Shown here piece by piece: positions 63,247-64,000 of a stretch of 64,000 nucleotides of DNA (position 1 is the stretch's first letter; each line of letters starts with the position of its first letter). Where the stretch lies: NCBI RefSeq assembly GCF_054482525.1, contig NZ_CM137006.1; one strand, written 5' to 3'. The notes beneath the pieces were generated by a model. That model searched no databases. It saw only the letters and a list, made by a program, of their open reading frames with translations, and was not told where the DNA came from. The translations under genes and the position numbers were made by a program.

Positions 63247-64000
63247 ATGATGAGCAAAATAAACCAAACGGATATCGATCGGTTGATTGAACTGGTCGGC
63301 GGGCGCGGCAATATTGCGACGGTGAGCCACTGTATTACTCGTCTGCGCTTTGTCCTCAACCAACCGGCCAATGCCAGACCGAAAGAAATTGAGCAACTCC
63401 CCATGGTGAAAGGCTGTTTCACCAATGCCGGGCAATTTCAGGTGGTGATTGGCACCAACGTGGGTGATTACTATCAAGCACTGATTGCGTCAACCGGACA
63501 GGCGCAGGTTGATAAAGAGCAGGTAAAAAAAGCCGCCCGGCAGAATATGAAATGGCATGAGCAGTTGATCTCTCATTTCGCGGAGATCTTCTTCCCGCTG
63601 CTGCCCGCGCTGATTAGCGGCGGTTTGATCCTCGGTTTTCGCAATGTGATCGGCGATTTACCCATGAGCAATGGTCAGACGCTGGCGCAAATGTACCCTT
63701 CCCTGCAAACGATCTACGATTTTCTGTGGTTGATCGGTGAAGCGATCTTCTTCTACCTGCCGGTCGGGATTTGCTGGTCAGCGGTGAAAAAAATGGGCGG
63801 CACGCCGATCCTTGGTATCGTGCTTGGCGTAACGCTGGTTTCTCCACAGCTGATGAACGCTTATCTGCTCGGACAGCAGCTGCCGGAAGTGTGGGACTTT
63901 GGCATGTTCAGCATCGCCAAAGTGGGCTATCAGGCGCAGGTGATCCCGGCACTGTTAGCCGGGCTGGCGCTGGGCGTTATTGAAACTCGTCTTAAGCGCA
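63247..64000 (+). CDS. treB: PTS trehalose-specific EIIBC component TreB (5' part, runs off window end)
   Basis: MMSKINQTDIDRLIELVGGRGNIATVSHCITRLRF (EIIB Cys motif). Open frame to the window end, so it is not in the ORF track. Confidence 0.93.
   Translation, partial: MMSKINQTDIDRLIELVGGRGNIATVSHCITRLRFVLNQPANARPKEIEQLPMVKGCFTNAGQFQVVIGTNVGDYYQALIASTGQAQVDKEQVKKAARQNMKWHEQLISHFAEIFFPLLPALISGGLILGFRNVIGDLPMSNGQTLAQMYPSLQTIYDFLWLIGEAIFFYLPVGICWSAVKKMGGTPILGIVLGVTLVSPQLMNAYLLGQQLPEVWDFGMFSIAKVGYQAQVIPALLAGLALGVIETRLKR

Overview
Escherichia coli chromosomal segment, reverse-oriented relative to K-12 numbering. Gene order: gntP (3' end), fimHGFDCIA, fimS, fimE, fimB, nanCMS, a ~19.6 kb accessory island, leuX, ahr, idnK/idnDOTR, yjgR, lptGF, pepA, holC, valS, yjgN, yjgM, rraB, argI, yjgL, tabA, bdcR/bdcA, yjgH, pyrLBI, ridA, mgtA/mgtL, treR, treB (5' part). 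Core genes look intact, and after trimming ORF-track N-terminal extensions most match the K-12 protein lengths I remember (nanS and yjgL come out slightly longer). The fimS switch is in the OFF orientation. The interesting part is the interval between nanS and tRNA-Leu(CAA) leuX (about 13.4-33.0 kb). In K-12 this position holds the KpLE2 element with intB. Here I see no integrase or transposase, only a dense mosaic defence island: (1) a very AT-rich two-gene operon, an ABC-ATPase fused to a DUF4435/Toprim-like domain and translationally coupled to an HsdM-like adenine methyltransferase carrying its own HsdS-type TRD, which is my best candidate for an undescribed system; (2) a type I R-M operon with two tandem divergent hsdM paralogs plus hsdS and hsdR; (3) a multiply disrupted TIR-domain pseudogene containing an in-frame hexanucleotide repeat; (4) an Mrr-like nuclease; (5) an 1171-aa SF1 helicase with a C-terminal PLD nuclease domain (type II Mokosh-like architecture); (6) an HNH_2 nuclease paired with a small RNase H-fold protein lacking three of the four catalytic carboxylates. 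No rRNA, CRISPR array or IS element was seen. All family assignments come from motif reading by eye and synteny memory; no searches were run.
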